In this document: positions 36,576 through 46,913 of the stretch, one piece after another
Position numbering within the stretch: position 1 is the first letter of the stretch
Layout: each line of letters begins with the position of its first letter
DNA from: an uncultured Paludibacter sp.
GTDB taxonomy: Bacteria; Bacteroidota; Bacteroidia; Bacteroidales; Paludibacteraceae
Direction: 5' to 3'
Assembly (NCBI GenBank): GCA_964396705.1
Contig: CAYNHC010000001.1
Span: 1-55,938 of the forward strand
Length of the DNA stretch: 55,938 bases
Program-made: the position numbers and the translations under genes
Notes under the pieces: generated by a model
The model's database searches: none
What the model was told of the DNA's origin: nothing
Seen by the model: the letters and a program-made list of their open reading frames with translations, nothing else

Positions 36576-39008
36576 ATGTTAATCAAAATAAAATTGTTTC
36601 TTTTGAGAATTGAATTGATAATCAAGTGTTTATTTGTATTATACGCTCTTGTAAATATAGAGGCATTTGGTCAGGTTTCAACCCAAATAAATCCAAAATT
36701 GCTCAACGAAACATGGTCGGCAAAATGGATAACCTGCCCTGAGATTTCGGGGAAAGAATATGGAGTGTATCTTTTCCGTAAATCATTTCAGTTCGCTAGC
36801 GTTCCTCATCAATTTATTGTTCATGTTTCCGCCGACAATAGATACAAGTTGTATGTAAACAATCAATACGTTTGCAATGGTCCTGCGCGCGGGGACTTAA
36901 TGAAATGGTATTTTGAAACAATTGATATAGCTCCTTATTTGAGCAAGGGGCAAAATGTAATTGGGGCTGTGGTTTGGAATTTCTCATACCTGCGACCACT
37001 TGCACAGTTTTCTGATAGAACAAGTTTTATTATTCAAGGAAATTCTGATTTTGAAAATAAAATTAATTCAGATAGAAGTTGGTCTGTTTTGAAAGATACC
37101 GCATACGAACTATTAGAGGTTAATTTACATGAGGTAGGTCCAGGCGAAAAATTTAATGGGAGTAAGCATCCATGGGGTTGGTTGAATAAGGATTTCGATA
37201 TATCTAGATGGAAAAATGCAAATGAAATTCAATTAGGTCTTCCGTTATTATGCCTAAAAGAATATGGTTATCCGGAAAGCCACCTGCTATTGCCACGCAA
37301 TATTCCACAAATGGAAATGACTCCACAATATTTTGCCAACATCCGTCGAAGCGATTTGCCGAATATACCTGACAAATTTCTATCCGGAGTTAATCCCATA
37401 ACCATCCCAGCTAACAAAAAGATTAAAATATTATTTGATCAGGCTAAGTTGACCAATGCATACCCAATACTTGAATTTAAGAATGGTAAAAATAGTGAAA
37501 TAAAACTCACATATGCTGAGAGTTTGTCTGAAGATAAGGATGAGAAAAACTACCGAAATGGGAAAGGCAACCGAAACATTGTTAATGGAAAACATATTGT
37601 AGGATATCAGGATTTGGTAATTTCAAACGGAGCACCAAATCAATCGTATCAAACGCTTTGGTTCAGGACGTTCAGATATGTTGAAATGGAAATTGAAACA
37701 AAAGATGAGCCATTAATAATCAACAAATTTCATAGCGTTTTTACCGGATATCCACTTCAGGAAAAAGCATCGTTTCAATGCGATGATCCGGTTTTAAGTG
37801 ATATATGGAAAGTCGGCTGGCATACCCAGCGTTTGTGTGCTGTCGAAACATTTTTCGATTGCCCATACTATGAACAATTGCAATATGTTGGAGACACACG
37901 CATCCAAAGCCTTGCAACCTACTATGTGTCAGGCGATACTATGCTGATGCGCAATGCAATCTCTTCGATAAACGATTCACGACTTTCTTTTGGCTTAACT
38001 CAAAGCAGATACCCAAGTAAAGATACCCAAATTATACCACCATTTTCGTTGCTATGGATAGCAATGATTTCTGATTATCAGAATTTGTGTGGCGACAAGG
38101 AATTCGTAAAAGCAATGTTACCGGGAATTACTGGCGTATTACAGTGGTACGAATCTAAGATTGATTCTACGGGAATGGTAGGCTCATGCGAATGGTGGAA
38201 TATTGTTGATTGGGTATATACTGAAGGTTGGCATAAAGGTATTCCACCCGGGGTTGAAAATAGTCATTCATCAATTATTAATTTTCAGCTTGTTTATGCT
38301 CTTCAGAAAGCTTCAGAAATATTTGACGCAAATAATAGACCATATCAAGCCAAATACTATTCAAGTCTTGCAAAAAAAGTGAAATTAGCGGTTTATCGTT
38401 CTTGTTTTGACAAAGGCAAAGGGTTAATAGCCGATATGCCCGAAAAGACCACCTTTAGTCAGCACGCTAATATATTGGCTGTTCTCACGAATACAGTGAA
38501 TGTTAAGGATCAAAAACAAATCATGGATAAGGTTTTATCTGACAAATCTTTATCTCAATGTACCTATTATTTCAAGTTTTACCTTGCAGAGGCAATGGGT
38601 AAAGCGGGAATTGCGGATAAGTATATAGGTCAATTGGAACCTTGGAAACAAATGCTCGATTTAGGACTTACAACCTTCGCCGAAGAGCCGGAACCATCAC
38701 GCTCCGATTGCCACGCCTGGAGCGTATCGCCGTTGTATTATTTTTTGTCAATGGTGTGCGGTATAAAACCCAATGAGCCGGGTTTTAAATCAGTAAGAAT
38801 TGAACCAAATATAGGAAAATTAAAATGGGTAGAAGCTTCTATGCCACATGTTCAAGGTGATATTAAAGTGAGTTTACAAAACGGAAATAACGATAGACTG
38901 ACAGGTAAAATTATTCTTCCCGGAAATTTAGGTGGAAAATTTGTATGGAAGGCTAAAGAAATAAAACTGAAAGCAGGTGTAAATAATATCTCGGTAAAAT
39001 TAAAATAG
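36576..39008 (+). CDS. GH78 alpha-L-rhamnosidase
   Basis: VSADNRYKLYVN, RTFRYV, DCPYYEQLQYVGD, VDW, FSQHAN, GLTTFAE, SDCHAWS, PGFKSVRIEP. Confidence 0.92.
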   Translation: MLIKIKLFLLRIELIIKCLFVLYALVNIEAFGQVSTQINPKLLNETWSAKWITCPEISGKEYGVYLFRKSFQFASVPHQFIVHVSADNRYKLYVNNQYVCNGPARGDLMKWYFETIDIAPYLSKGQNVIGAVVWNFSYLRPLAQFSDRTSFIIQGNSDFENKINSDRSWSVLKDTAYELLEVNLHEVGPGEKFNGSKHPWGWLNKDFDISRWKNANEIQLGLPLLCLKEYGYPESHLLLPRNIPQMEMTPQYFANIRRSDLPNIPDKFLSGVNPITIPANKKIKILFDQAKLTNAYPILEFKNGKNSEIKLTYAESLSEDKDEKNYRNGKGNRNIVNGKHIVGYQDLVISNGAPNQSYQTLWFRTFRYVEMEIETKDEPLIINKFHSVFTGYPLQEKASFQCDDPVLSDIWKVGWHTQRLCAVETFFDCPYYEQLQYVGDTRIQSLATYYVSGDTMLMRNAISSINDSRLSFGLTQSRYPSKDTQIIPPFSLLWIAMISDYQNLCGDKEFVKAMLPGITGVLQWYESKIDSTGMVGSCEWWNIVDWVYTEGWHKGIPPGVENSHSSIINFQLVYALQKASEIFDANNRPYQAKYYSSLAKKVKLAVYRSCFDKGKGLIADMPEKTTFSQHANILAVLTNTVNVKDQKQIMDKVLSDKSLSQCTYYFKFYLAEAMGKAGIADKYIGQLEPWKQMLDLGLTTFAEEPEPSRSDCHAWSVSPLYYFLSMVCGIKPNEPGFKSVRIEPNIGKLKWVEASMPHVQGDIKVSLQNGNNDRLTGKIILPGNLGGKFVWKAKEIKLKAGVNNISVKLK

Positions 39009-39075
39009 GTCTCTTATTACAAAAGGCTTTGCCAATAAATATATAATAACTAATTCAAAAAAAGTATTTAAAGAA

Positions 39076-39762
39076 ATGAAAAGTTCAAAATCAGTATTCT
39101 TAATTCTTCTGTTTTCAATGTTTTTTGTAGGATATTCGTTTGCCCAGGATATGTGGGGTTTTAGCCGATATGTCGAAGCGAATGAAAAATTTGTTTTGCC
39201 TGTTAAGGGCGAAAAACGGGTTGTTTTTATGGGCAATTCAATAACGGATGGTTGGAGTAATGCCCGTCCAGAATTTTTTGAAGGAAAACCGTACGTTAAC
39301 AGAGGTATTGCCGGACAGACTACGCCACAAATGTTGGTTCGTTTCAGAGCTGACGTTCTCAATTTAAAACCAGCCGTGGTAGTTATTCTTGCCGGAACCA
39401 ATGATATTGCCGAAAACATGGGTCCTTCAAAATTAGAGTGGATTGAAAATAATATCATCTCTATGATTCAACTGGCACAAGCCAACGGGATAAAAGTGGT
39501 TTTATGTTCGGTTTTACCTGCTTATGATTACCCTTGGAAACCCGGACTTCAGCCTGCCGAAAAGATTGTTGCGCTTAATAAACTATTAAAAGCAGATGCA
39601 AAAAAATACGGATTGATTTGGGTCGATTACTTCTCACCAATGGCCGACGAGCGAAACGGACTAAAAGCTGAATATTCGGGTGACGGTGTTCATCCAAATG
39701 AAGCCGGATACAGTGTTATGGAACCTCTTGTAGAGAAGGCCATTGTCAAAGCATTACATTGA
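39076..39762 (+). CDS. SGNH/GDSL esterase (probable carbohydrate O-acetylesterase)
   Basis: FMGNSIT, NRGIAGQ, AGTND and DGVHP blocks; signal ...SFA/Q. Confidence 0.93.
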   Translation: MKSSKSVFLILLFSMFFVGYSFAQDMWGFSRYVEANEKFVLPVKGEKRVVFMGNSITDGWSNARPEFFEGKPYVNRGIAGQTTPQMLVRFRADVLNLKPAVVVILAGTNDIAENMGPSKLEWIENNIISMIQLAQANGIKVVLCSVLPAYDYPWKPGLQPAEKIVALNKLLKADAKKYGLIWVDYFSPMADERNGLKAEYSGDGVHPNEAGYSVMEPLVEKAIVKALH

Positions 39763-39796
39763 TTGAAAAAATTTAAAAATCATTCATTATCGCCTT

Positions 39797-42094
39797 ATGG
39801 TATTTAGCTTTAGTGTTAAAAGTATTAGAATATTTTTATATATCATCAATTTTCTTTTAGTTGCCAATTGTCACGCACAACAATCGCATAAACACAAACA
39901 GGAGATCGATTATGTAAATCCACTAATCGGAACTCCCTTCACTGGTTTTAAAAATGATTCCGAGGGTGGTGGAACCATGCCATGTGTAGGAACACCGTTT
40001 GCCATGACCAACTTTGTGGCTCAAACCTGCGAAAATAAAATCAGCCGAATGATGTATGTGTACGAAGATACCACTATCATCGGATTTATGGCTACGCATC
40101 AACCCACTGTTTGGATGGGCGATTACGGGTATGTTTCGGTTATGCCACAGGTTGGTCAGCTAAAAGTTTTACCAGAACAGCGTGCAGCAGCCTTCTCTCA
40201 TTCCAGTGAAGTTTTAACGCCCTATTATTACTCGGCAATACTAAATCCGGGTAAAAAACAAATAAAAGGGGAGATTACAGCCTCTTCGAGGTGCGGAATG
40301 TTCCGGTTCACTTTCCCTGAATCAAAAGAATCGCATATTATTATTCAGGGAATAAACCTGAATGCATACCGCGTGAATAATACCACTTATAACAGATTAG
40401 GAGTAAATCCGAAAAAAGGATATGTAAAAATTGACAAAGAGCGGGGACTAATAACCGGCTATAATCCTGACTATATGTCTGCGAATATCGGTCCTGATTT
40501 GCCTAATTTTAAAGGTTATTTTGCGATACTGATTGATAAACCGTTTGACAATTTTGGAACCTGGGATAATAATGATCTTAATCCGCAAAACACAGAACGA
40601 TTCGGGACGCGAATGGGAGCTTATATTAGTTTGAAAACAAAAAAGAATGAAGTAGTAAAAGTGCGGATTGCCACTTCGTTTATCAGCGTAGAACAAGCAT
40701 TCAAGAATTTGTTAATCGAAGCACCTGACTGGAATTTTGATAAATTAAAGAAAAATACCCGTGAAATATGGCAGGAAAATTTGAGTCGCATTAGTGTAAA
40801 CGGTTGTACAGATGATCAGAAAAGTATTTTTTACACCGCCATGTTCCACACTATGCTTTTCCCCCGCGAATTTTCGGAGTACGGGCAGTATTACAGTGCT
40901 TTCGACGATAAGGTGCATCAGGGAGTTTCGTATAATGATTATTCGCTGTGGGATACTTTCAGAGCGCTACATCCATTATTGCAATTCACACAACCAGAGC
41001 GGGTTAATCCTATGGTTCAGTCATTAGTACAAATGTATAAAGAAGGAGGTTGGTTACCTAAATGGCCGAATCCAACTTATTCGAACATTATGATAGGAAC
41101 ACACGCAGATGCTGTTATCGCTGATGCTTATATTAATGGATTCAAGGATTATGACATTGACAAGGCTTACGAGGCAATTCGCAAAGATGCTACAGTTATG
41201 CCAACCGGAGATACATTAAAAACTTGGTACGACCGAGAGTCGTGGACTACCTACGAAGCGAGAGCGGGATCTACTTATTATCATTCAATAGGTTATGTAC
41301 CTGTCGACAAAACAGCCGAATCTGTTTCGCGCACCATTGAATTTGGTATCGACGATTATTGTGTGGCCCAAATGGCGAAGGAAATAGGCAAAACTGAGGA
41401 TTATAACCTGTTTATGAATAATAGCAATAATTACAGGAATTTATATAATCCAACGACGGGCTTTTTTGCACCCCGATTGTACAATGGCCATTGGAATGAT
41501 GATGTCAATGCAGGTTTTACCGAAGGTAGTAAATGGACCTATTTGTTTGGTGCAATGCACGATCCGAAAGGCATGATTGAACTTTTGGGTAGAAACAAAG
41601 CATTCGCAGCAAAGTTGACCGAAAACTTTGAGGAAAATCATTACCGGCATGACAATGAACCGGGGCATCATTATGCTTATTTATTCAATTATTGCGGTGA
41701 GCCATGGAAAACTCAGGAACTTATCCGTAAGCATACTTCTGTTGAGAACTTTAGAAACCAACCATTGGGAATCAATGGAAACGACGATTGTGGACAGATG
41801 TCGGCTTGGTATATTTTCGGGGTAATGGGTTTTTACCCTGTAGTTCCTGCTTCTGGAATTTACTCTATTGGTGCTCCACAATTTCCGAAGTTGGTGCTAA
41901 ATCGAATCGTTAAAGGAAAATCACAGAAGCTTGAAATTGTGGCTAACAATCTTTCTGAAGAGAATAAATATGTACAAAGTGTGACCTTGGATGGAAAGTC
42001 AATTGAAAGTCCGTTTATAAGTTTTAATGAACTTAATAATGGAAATAGATTGGTTTTTGAAATGGGCGATAAACCAAATTATAATTGGAAATAA
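39797..42094 (+). CDS. GH92 alpha-mannosidase family protein (divergent from the first GH92)
   Basis: YVNPLIGT, HQPTVWMGDYG, SLWDTFRA, MIGTHAD, SRTIEFGIDD, HDNEPGHH, GNDDCGQMSAWY. Confidence 0.93.
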   Translation: MVFSFSVKSIRIFLYIINFLLVANCHAQQSHKHKQEIDYVNPLIGTPFTGFKNDSEGGGTMPCVGTPFAMTNFVAQTCENKISRMMYVYEDTTIIGFMATHQPTVWMGDYGYVSVMPQVGQLKVLPEQRAAAFSHSSEVLTPYYYSAILNPGKKQIKGEITASSRCGMFRFTFPESKESHIIIQGINLNAYRVNNTTYNRLGVNPKKGYVKIDKERGLITGYNPDYMSANIGPDLPNFKGYFAILIDKPFDNFGTWDNNDLNPQNTERFGTRMGAYISLKTKKNEVVKVRIATSFISVEQAFKNLLIEAPDWNFDKLKKNTREIWQENLSRISVNGCTDDQKSIFYTAMFHTMLFPREFSEYGQYYSAFDDKVHQGVSYNDYSLWDTFRALHPLLQFTQPERVNPMVQSLVQMYKEGGWLPKWPNPTYSNIMIGTHADAVIADAYINGFKDYDIDKAYEAIRKDATVMPTGDTLKTWYDRESWTTYEARAGSTYYHSIGYVPVDKTAESVSRTIEFGIDDYCVAQMAKEIGKTEDYNLFMNNSNNYRNLYNPTTGFFAPRLYNGHWNDDVNAGFTEGSKWTYLFGAMHDPKGMIELLGRNKAFAAKLTENFEENHYRHDNEPGHHYAYLFNYCGEPWKTQELIRKHTSVENFRNQPLGINGNDDCGQMSAWYIFGVMGFYPVVPASGIYSIGAPQFPKLVLNRIVKGKSQKLEIVANNLSEENKYVQSVTLDGKSIESPFISFNELNNGNRLVFEMGDKPNYNWK

Positions 42095-42101
42095 ATAACA
42101 T

Positions 42102-43004
42102 ATGAAAAAACGATTTTTAGCATTAGGCATTGCTGTTGCTATTATATTTTCGGTCAACTCTATCAATAAAGAAAAGAAACACGTCATTTTTATTGGTTTG
42201 GATGGTTGGGGTGCTTATTGCATGGAAAAGGCTGATATGCCAAATGTGAGAAAACTCATAGATAATGGAGCATACACCATGAAAAAAAGATCTGTATTGC
42301 CGTCTTCGAGTGCGGTCAACTGGGCAACAATGTTTATGGGTGCTTGTCCCGAATTGCATGGATATACCGCATGGGATTCGAAAATACCGGAAATACCTTC
42401 GCGGGTAATTTATAAAAACAATATTTTCCCTACTATTTTCCAACTCCTTAAAAATCAACATCCGGAATCGGAAATAGGCTGTATCTATGAATGGGAGGGT
42501 ATAAAATATCTCGTAGATACACTTGCTCTAGATTATTTCGAACGAATTCCTGATTCAGACAATACCAATAGAGTTACATGCCAAATGGCTGAAAAGTACA
42601 TTAAAGATAAAAGACCTAATCTTTTTGCCATTATTTTCGACGAACCTGACCATGTTGGTCATGATATTGGTCATAATTCCGAAGCATATTATAAAAAGCT
42701 GAAGGAACTCGATGGATATATAGCTGAAATTATCCAAGCAACTAAAGAAGCTGGTATTTACGAAAAAACTATTTTTGTTATCACTAGTGATCATGGCGGA
42801 ATAAATAAAGATCATGGAAAGAAAAGTATGGAAGAGCTTGAAACTCCATTTGTAATATGTGGTAGTGGTATCAAGAAAAGGGGTGAATTTCAAGAAAGTA
42901 TGATGCAATTTGATGTGGCATCTACTATTGCCGCCATCTTTGGACTAAAGCAACCACAGGTTTGGGTTGGAAGACCAATGTATAAAATCTTTAAAAACAA
43001 ATAA
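42102..43004 (+). CDS. Alkaline phosphatase superfamily (phosphodiesterase/nucleotide pyrophosphatase-like) exported protein
   Basis: VIFIGLDG, PSSSAVNW...G..PELHG, EPDHVGH, TSDHGG...HG metal-binding motifs; N-terminal signal. Confidence 0.88.
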   Translation: MKKRFLALGIAVAIIFSVNSINKEKKHVIFIGLDGWGAYCMEKADMPNVRKLIDNGAYTMKKRSVLPSSSAVNWATMFMGACPELHGYTAWDSKIPEIPSRVIYKNNIFPTIFQLLKNQHPESEIGCIYEWEGIKYLVDTLALDYFERIPDSDNTNRVTCQMAEKYIKDKRPNLFAIIFDEPDHVGHDIGHNSEAYYKKLKELDGYIAEIIQATKEAGIYEKTIFVITSDHGGINKDHGKKSMEELETPFVICGSGIKKRGEFQESMMQFDVASTIAAIFGLKQPQVWVGRPMYKIFKNK

Positions 43005-43059
43005 TTAGTTCCCTTTTTAGACTTAAATCAATAATATCAACAACTATAAATATCCTTAT

Positions 43060-45051
43060 ATGAGACAACCAATTTTCCTAATGCTTCTGATTTATTCAAG
43101 CCTGAGTTTTGGATTGAACTCCGCGAACAAGAAAAATATTGACCTGAAATCACCTGATAACAAGGTGCAAATTAATGTTAGCATTGCCGATAAGATAACT
43201 TATTCGGTGAACTACAATTCAAAGGCAATCCTGTTGCCTTCAGCTATTTCAATGAAATTGCAGGATGGAGTAATTCTTGGCAATTATCCCAAATTAAAGA
43301 AAAGCAAAGAACAATCAGTTAACCAAAAAATTCACCCCGAAATCAGACAAAAAAGAAAGGAAATAAACGATGTTTACAATGAACTTGAACTGGTCTTTCA
43401 GGGGAATTACAGCATTGTTTTTAGGGTTTACAACGATGGTATTGCTTATCGTTTTAAAACCTCATTTGCGAACGAAATTACGGTATTTGATGAAGAATCA
43501 ACCTATCAGTTTCCTGCAAACGACACCGTATATTTCGCACAAGTGAATTGTGTGGCTAAACCTAACGAAGACTGTTTTCATACAAGTTTCGAAGAACTGT
43601 ATAAAACGATACCTATCAGTGAGATAACCGCTGATAAAATGGCTTACTCGCCTGTTGTTGTTTGCCTTGAGAACTTAAAAGTAGCAATTACAGAATCAGA
43701 TTTAATCGATTATCCGGGAATGTTTATCACAGGAACAAATGACGGAACCTATACCTTAAAGGGTAAATTTGCTCCGTATCCGGTTAAAGAAAAAATTGTG
43801 GATTTTTACAACATAGCTACTGAACGGGCTGATTATATTGCTAAAACCAAAGGAGTCAGGTCATTCCCCTGGCGAGCAATGATAATTGCACCCAAAGATG
43901 GTGATTTGATTGAGAATGATATGGTTTTTCGGTTGGCAGGCAAATCGCTGGTTGATGACCTTTCCTGGCTGAAACCGGGTAAAAGTACATCTGAATGGTT
44001 GTTCGATAATAATATCTACGGAGTAGATTTTAAATCGGGTTATAACACCGATACTTACAAATATTACATCGATTTTGCCGCTAAATTTAAACTCGAATAT
44101 GTTTTGTTTGATGCCGGCTGGTCATCGTGGACTAATTTATCAGAACTGACTCCTACAATGGACATGGAATACCTCACATCTTATGCAAAAGAAAAAGGTG
44201 TTGGTTTGGTACTGTGGACTTCGGCTTATGCTTTGAGTCTTCAAATGGATGAAGCATTGGATAGATTCAAAGCATGGGGAATTAAAGGAATTATGGTCGA
44301 TTTTATTGATCGCGACGATCAGAAAATGATTAGCTTTTTTGAGAAAGTAGCCGCAGAAACTGCAAAAAGACAATTATTTGTCGATTTTCATGGATGCCCT
44401 AAACCAGCAGGATTGAACCGGAGATTCCCGAATGTATTAACAATGGAAGGTGCAATGGTTCAGGAATATTACAAGTTTGGCGATAAACTTTCACCCGAGC
44501 ATGAATTGTTCATTCCGTTTATACGCGGTTTGGCTGGACCGCTCGACTACGAACCCGGAAATATGAAAAATGAAACTCGCGAAAACTATAAGCCTATGAA
44601 TAACAAACCCAGCAGTTTGGGAACCAGAATACACCAAATGGCTATGTTTCTGGTGTACGAAAGTCCATACGCTAAAATGGGTGGGAATCCGGCTGATTAC
44701 CTGAAAGAACCAGAATTTACACAATTTTGCGTAGATATTCCCACTGTTTGGGACGATACAAAGGTTATTGACTCAAAACTTGGTGATTATGTTATCCTTT
44801 TACGAGAAGCTGCAAATGGCGATATCTATATCGGAGCAATGAATGACTGGACACCTCGGGATTTCACTGTAAACTGTTCATTCTTAAAAGATGGGAAGTA
44901 TGAACTTGAAATTTATAAAGATGGAGTTAATGCAGACAGATATGCGAGTGATTACAAACATGAAATAATGGAAATATCAAACGCTTCAAAAATCAAAATC
45001 CAGCTAGCTCCGGGTGGAGGTTGGGTCGGAAAAATCAAAAGAGTGGACTAA
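43060..45051 (+). CDS. GH97 glycosidase, retaining type (alpha-glucosidase/alpha-galactosidase)
   Basis: LKSPD, RVYNDGIAYRF, PWR, SWLKPGK, YKYYIDFAA, DAGW, GIMVDFIDRDDQ (Asp nucleophile), DFHG, MEG, GPLDYEPG, PTVWDDT. Confidence 0.93.
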   Translation: MRQPIFLMLLIYSSLSFGLNSANKKNIDLKSPDNKVQINVSIADKITYSVNYNSKAILLPSAISMKLQDGVILGNYPKLKKSKEQSVNQKIHPEIRQKRKEINDVYNELELVFQGNYSIVFRVYNDGIAYRFKTSFANEITVFDEESTYQFPANDTVYFAQVNCVAKPNEDCFHTSFEELYKTIPISEITADKMAYSPVVVCLENLKVAITESDLIDYPGMFITGTNDGTYTLKGKFAPYPVKEKIVDFYNIATERADYIAKTKGVRSFPWRAMIIAPKDGDLIENDMVFRLAGKSLVDDLSWLKPGKSTSEWLFDNNIYGVDFKSGYNTDTYKYYIDFAAKFKLEYVLFDAGWSSWTNLSELTPTMDMEYLTSYAKEKGVGLVLWTSAYALSLQMDEALDRFKAWGIKGIMVDFIDRDDQKMISFFEKVAAETAKRQLFVDFHGCPKPAGLNRRFPNVLTMEGAMVQEYYKFGDKLSPEHELFIPFIRGLAGPLDYEPGNMKNETRENYKPMNNKPSSLGTRIHQMAMFLVYESPYAKMGGNPADYLKEPEFTQFCVDIPTVWDDTKVIDSKLGDYVILLREAANGDIYIGAMNDWTPRDFTVNCSFLKDGKYELEIYKDGVNADRYASDYKHEIMEISNASKIKIQLAPGGGWVGKIKRVD

Positions 45052-45082
45052 TTTTGAATATAACCACAAAGATTAATCACAT

Positions 45083-45109
45083 TGTCCAGATTTAGATTTT
45101 TTTTTCTCA
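45083..45109 (+). promoter_or_regulatory. Putative ECF sigma promoter, copy 4 (upstream of the CotH kinase gene)
   Basis: TGTCCAGAT-N13-TCTCA, ending 31 nt before ATG 45141. Confidence 0.8.
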
Positions 45110-45140
45110 AATTTAGATTAACTCTTTAAAAGTATTTTCA

Positions 45141-46688
45141 ATGAAAAAAACTCACTCTTTTTATTTGATTTTCCTGTTTTTTCCCTTTATATGCAACTCC
45201 CAAATTTTACCAAAGGTTAATATTGTAATAGCACAAGATAGTTTTAATGTGCTTGAAGCAAATCCATTTACGGCAGAAGATGTGCATGGAAAATTTATTG
45301 CTGACACAGGTTCTGTTCCTATACCGCAGGTTATAGAACCGGCTGAACTAAATTACAGAGGCGCATACGCATTGTTGAACTTAATTAACGATTATAAAGG
45401 TTCTATCAAGCGCCGAAATTGGAAAGTTAAACTACCTAAAGATCAACAATATATGAACCGAAGAGAACTGAATTTTAATTACCAAAATCATGTTCGTGAG
45501 TTTATGGCTGATTATCTGATGAACCAGGCAAAAGTGCCTTTGGCGCAAAATCGCTTTGTTTTACTATCAGTCAACGGAGTTTCGCATGGCTTATATATGC
45601 AAATTGAAGATGTAGATAATAAAAGTTTTTTATTAGAAACATTTGGCAATAAGGAAGGAGATTTATATAAGTCAGCTTATGATACACCTGCTGACCCGAA
45701 TAATCGTTATTGGGCTGATTTTAGTTATTTGGGACCTAATGATGCTGATTATTTTTTTCATTACGATAAAAAGACCAATAATAATGGAGATGCCGAGACA
45801 GATTACAGCTCCATTCGACGGTTTACCGAGATGGTAAATCTTACTCCCGACGAATCTTTTGAAGTTACGCTAAAAAGCAACTTTGCGTGGGAAAATTTTA
45901 TCAGATATTTAGTTGTAAGTAACTTTATATCGAACTGGGATGGCTATCCCCAACGTCCTAAGAACAGTTGGTTGTATCAAAATCCGGCAGATGGTAAATG
46001 GAACTTCATACCTTGGGATTTGGATGCCACTTTCGAACCAGTGACAGTTGGTACAAACTTGGGGATGAATATGATGGGACAGTATTGCAGTATCTTTCAT
46101 TATATGGATGAGTACGAACCATATCAGCCTGGTGCTTCAAGCGAAACAAAGGAACGTCCGTTGGTTTGGAGAATAATGAAAGTACCATTCTTCAGAAACT
46201 ATTATGTAGAAGAATATAAGAAGGCGTTAGATACTTATTTGTCAGAATCAAAAATTAATAATGTGTTAGATTCAATCTCTGCTGTTATTAAAAAGAATGT
46301 TTCAAATACTAACTGGAATACATTCGCAGTAACTGTGAATCAAACAAAAACATTTGTAACAAATAAAACAACATTTGTAACAAACGAAATTTCTAAATTA
46401 CCCAGTGCTGTACCTGAAATAAATGCCAATAATTTTGAAATAAAAATTTATCCAATTCCTGCAAAAGACTATTTTACTCTCTCAATTGACATTAAAAATG
46501 CCACAAATCTTGAAATTGCCGTTTTCGACCTTACCGGCAAGTTAGTCAAATCAATATATCATCAAACCACCTCACAAGGAAAACAAGAGCTCCGGTTTTC
46601 AACAGAAGAATTGAACTCAGGAAATTACTTATTGAGAATAAAGGATGGTTATAGTATTTATAGCAAGAAATTATTTATTTATAAATAA
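45141..46688 (+). CDS. CotH-family kinase with T9SS C-terminal domain
   Basis: Signal ...CNS/Q; YRGA, RRNWKVKL, VREFMA, VNG..HGLY..IEDVD, GDLYK, NWDGY...KNSWLY, FIPWDLDATF; CTD IYPIPAKD...VFDLTGKLV...GNYLLRI...KKLFIYK. Confidence 0.88.
   Translation: MKKTHSFYLIFLFFPFICNSQILPKVNIVIAQDSFNVLEANPFTAEDVHGKFIADTGSVPIPQVIEPAELNYRGAYALLNLINDYKGSIKRRNWKVKLPKDQQYMNRRELNFNYQNHVREFMADYLMNQAKVPLAQNRFVLLSVNGVSHGLYMQIEDVDNKSFLLETFGNKEGDLYKSAYDTPADPNNRYWADFSYLGPNDADYFFHYDKKTNNNGDAETDYSSIRRFTEMVNLTPDESFEVTLKSNFAWENFIRYLVVSNFISNWDGYPQRPKNSWLYQNPADGKWNFIPWDLDATFEPVTVGTNLGMNMMGQYCSIFHYMDEYEPYQPGASSETKERPLVWRIMKVPFFRNYYVEEYKKALDTYLSESKINNVLDSISAVIKKNVSNTNWNTFAVTVNQTKTFVTNKTTFVTNEISKLPSAVPEINANNFEIKIYPIPAKDYFTLSIDIKNATNLEIAVFDLTGKLVKSIYHQTTSQGKQELRFSTEELNSGNYLLRIKDGYSIYSKKLFIYK
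46350..46384 (+). repeat. Short in-frame tandem duplication (period 21 nt)
   Basis: ACATTTGTAACAAA at 46350-46363 and 46371-46384, encoding KTFVTNK-TTFVTNE. Confidence 0.7.
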
Positions 46689-46913
46689 CAGTCTGATTTT
46701 GAAAATCTAATAACACTGTGAAAATAGTAAATGATAATAATTATATATCTGTATAATCAATTGATTATCATTAGTGATGGACATTACTCATTATACATGG
46801 TTGATTTATGAAGAATGATCTGGTTCCATTGGTCAGCTAATCAACAAAAATCTGGAGCCTTTGATTGAAAAATGTAAACAATTATATAAACAAACTTTTA
46901 AAAGATAAAAACA

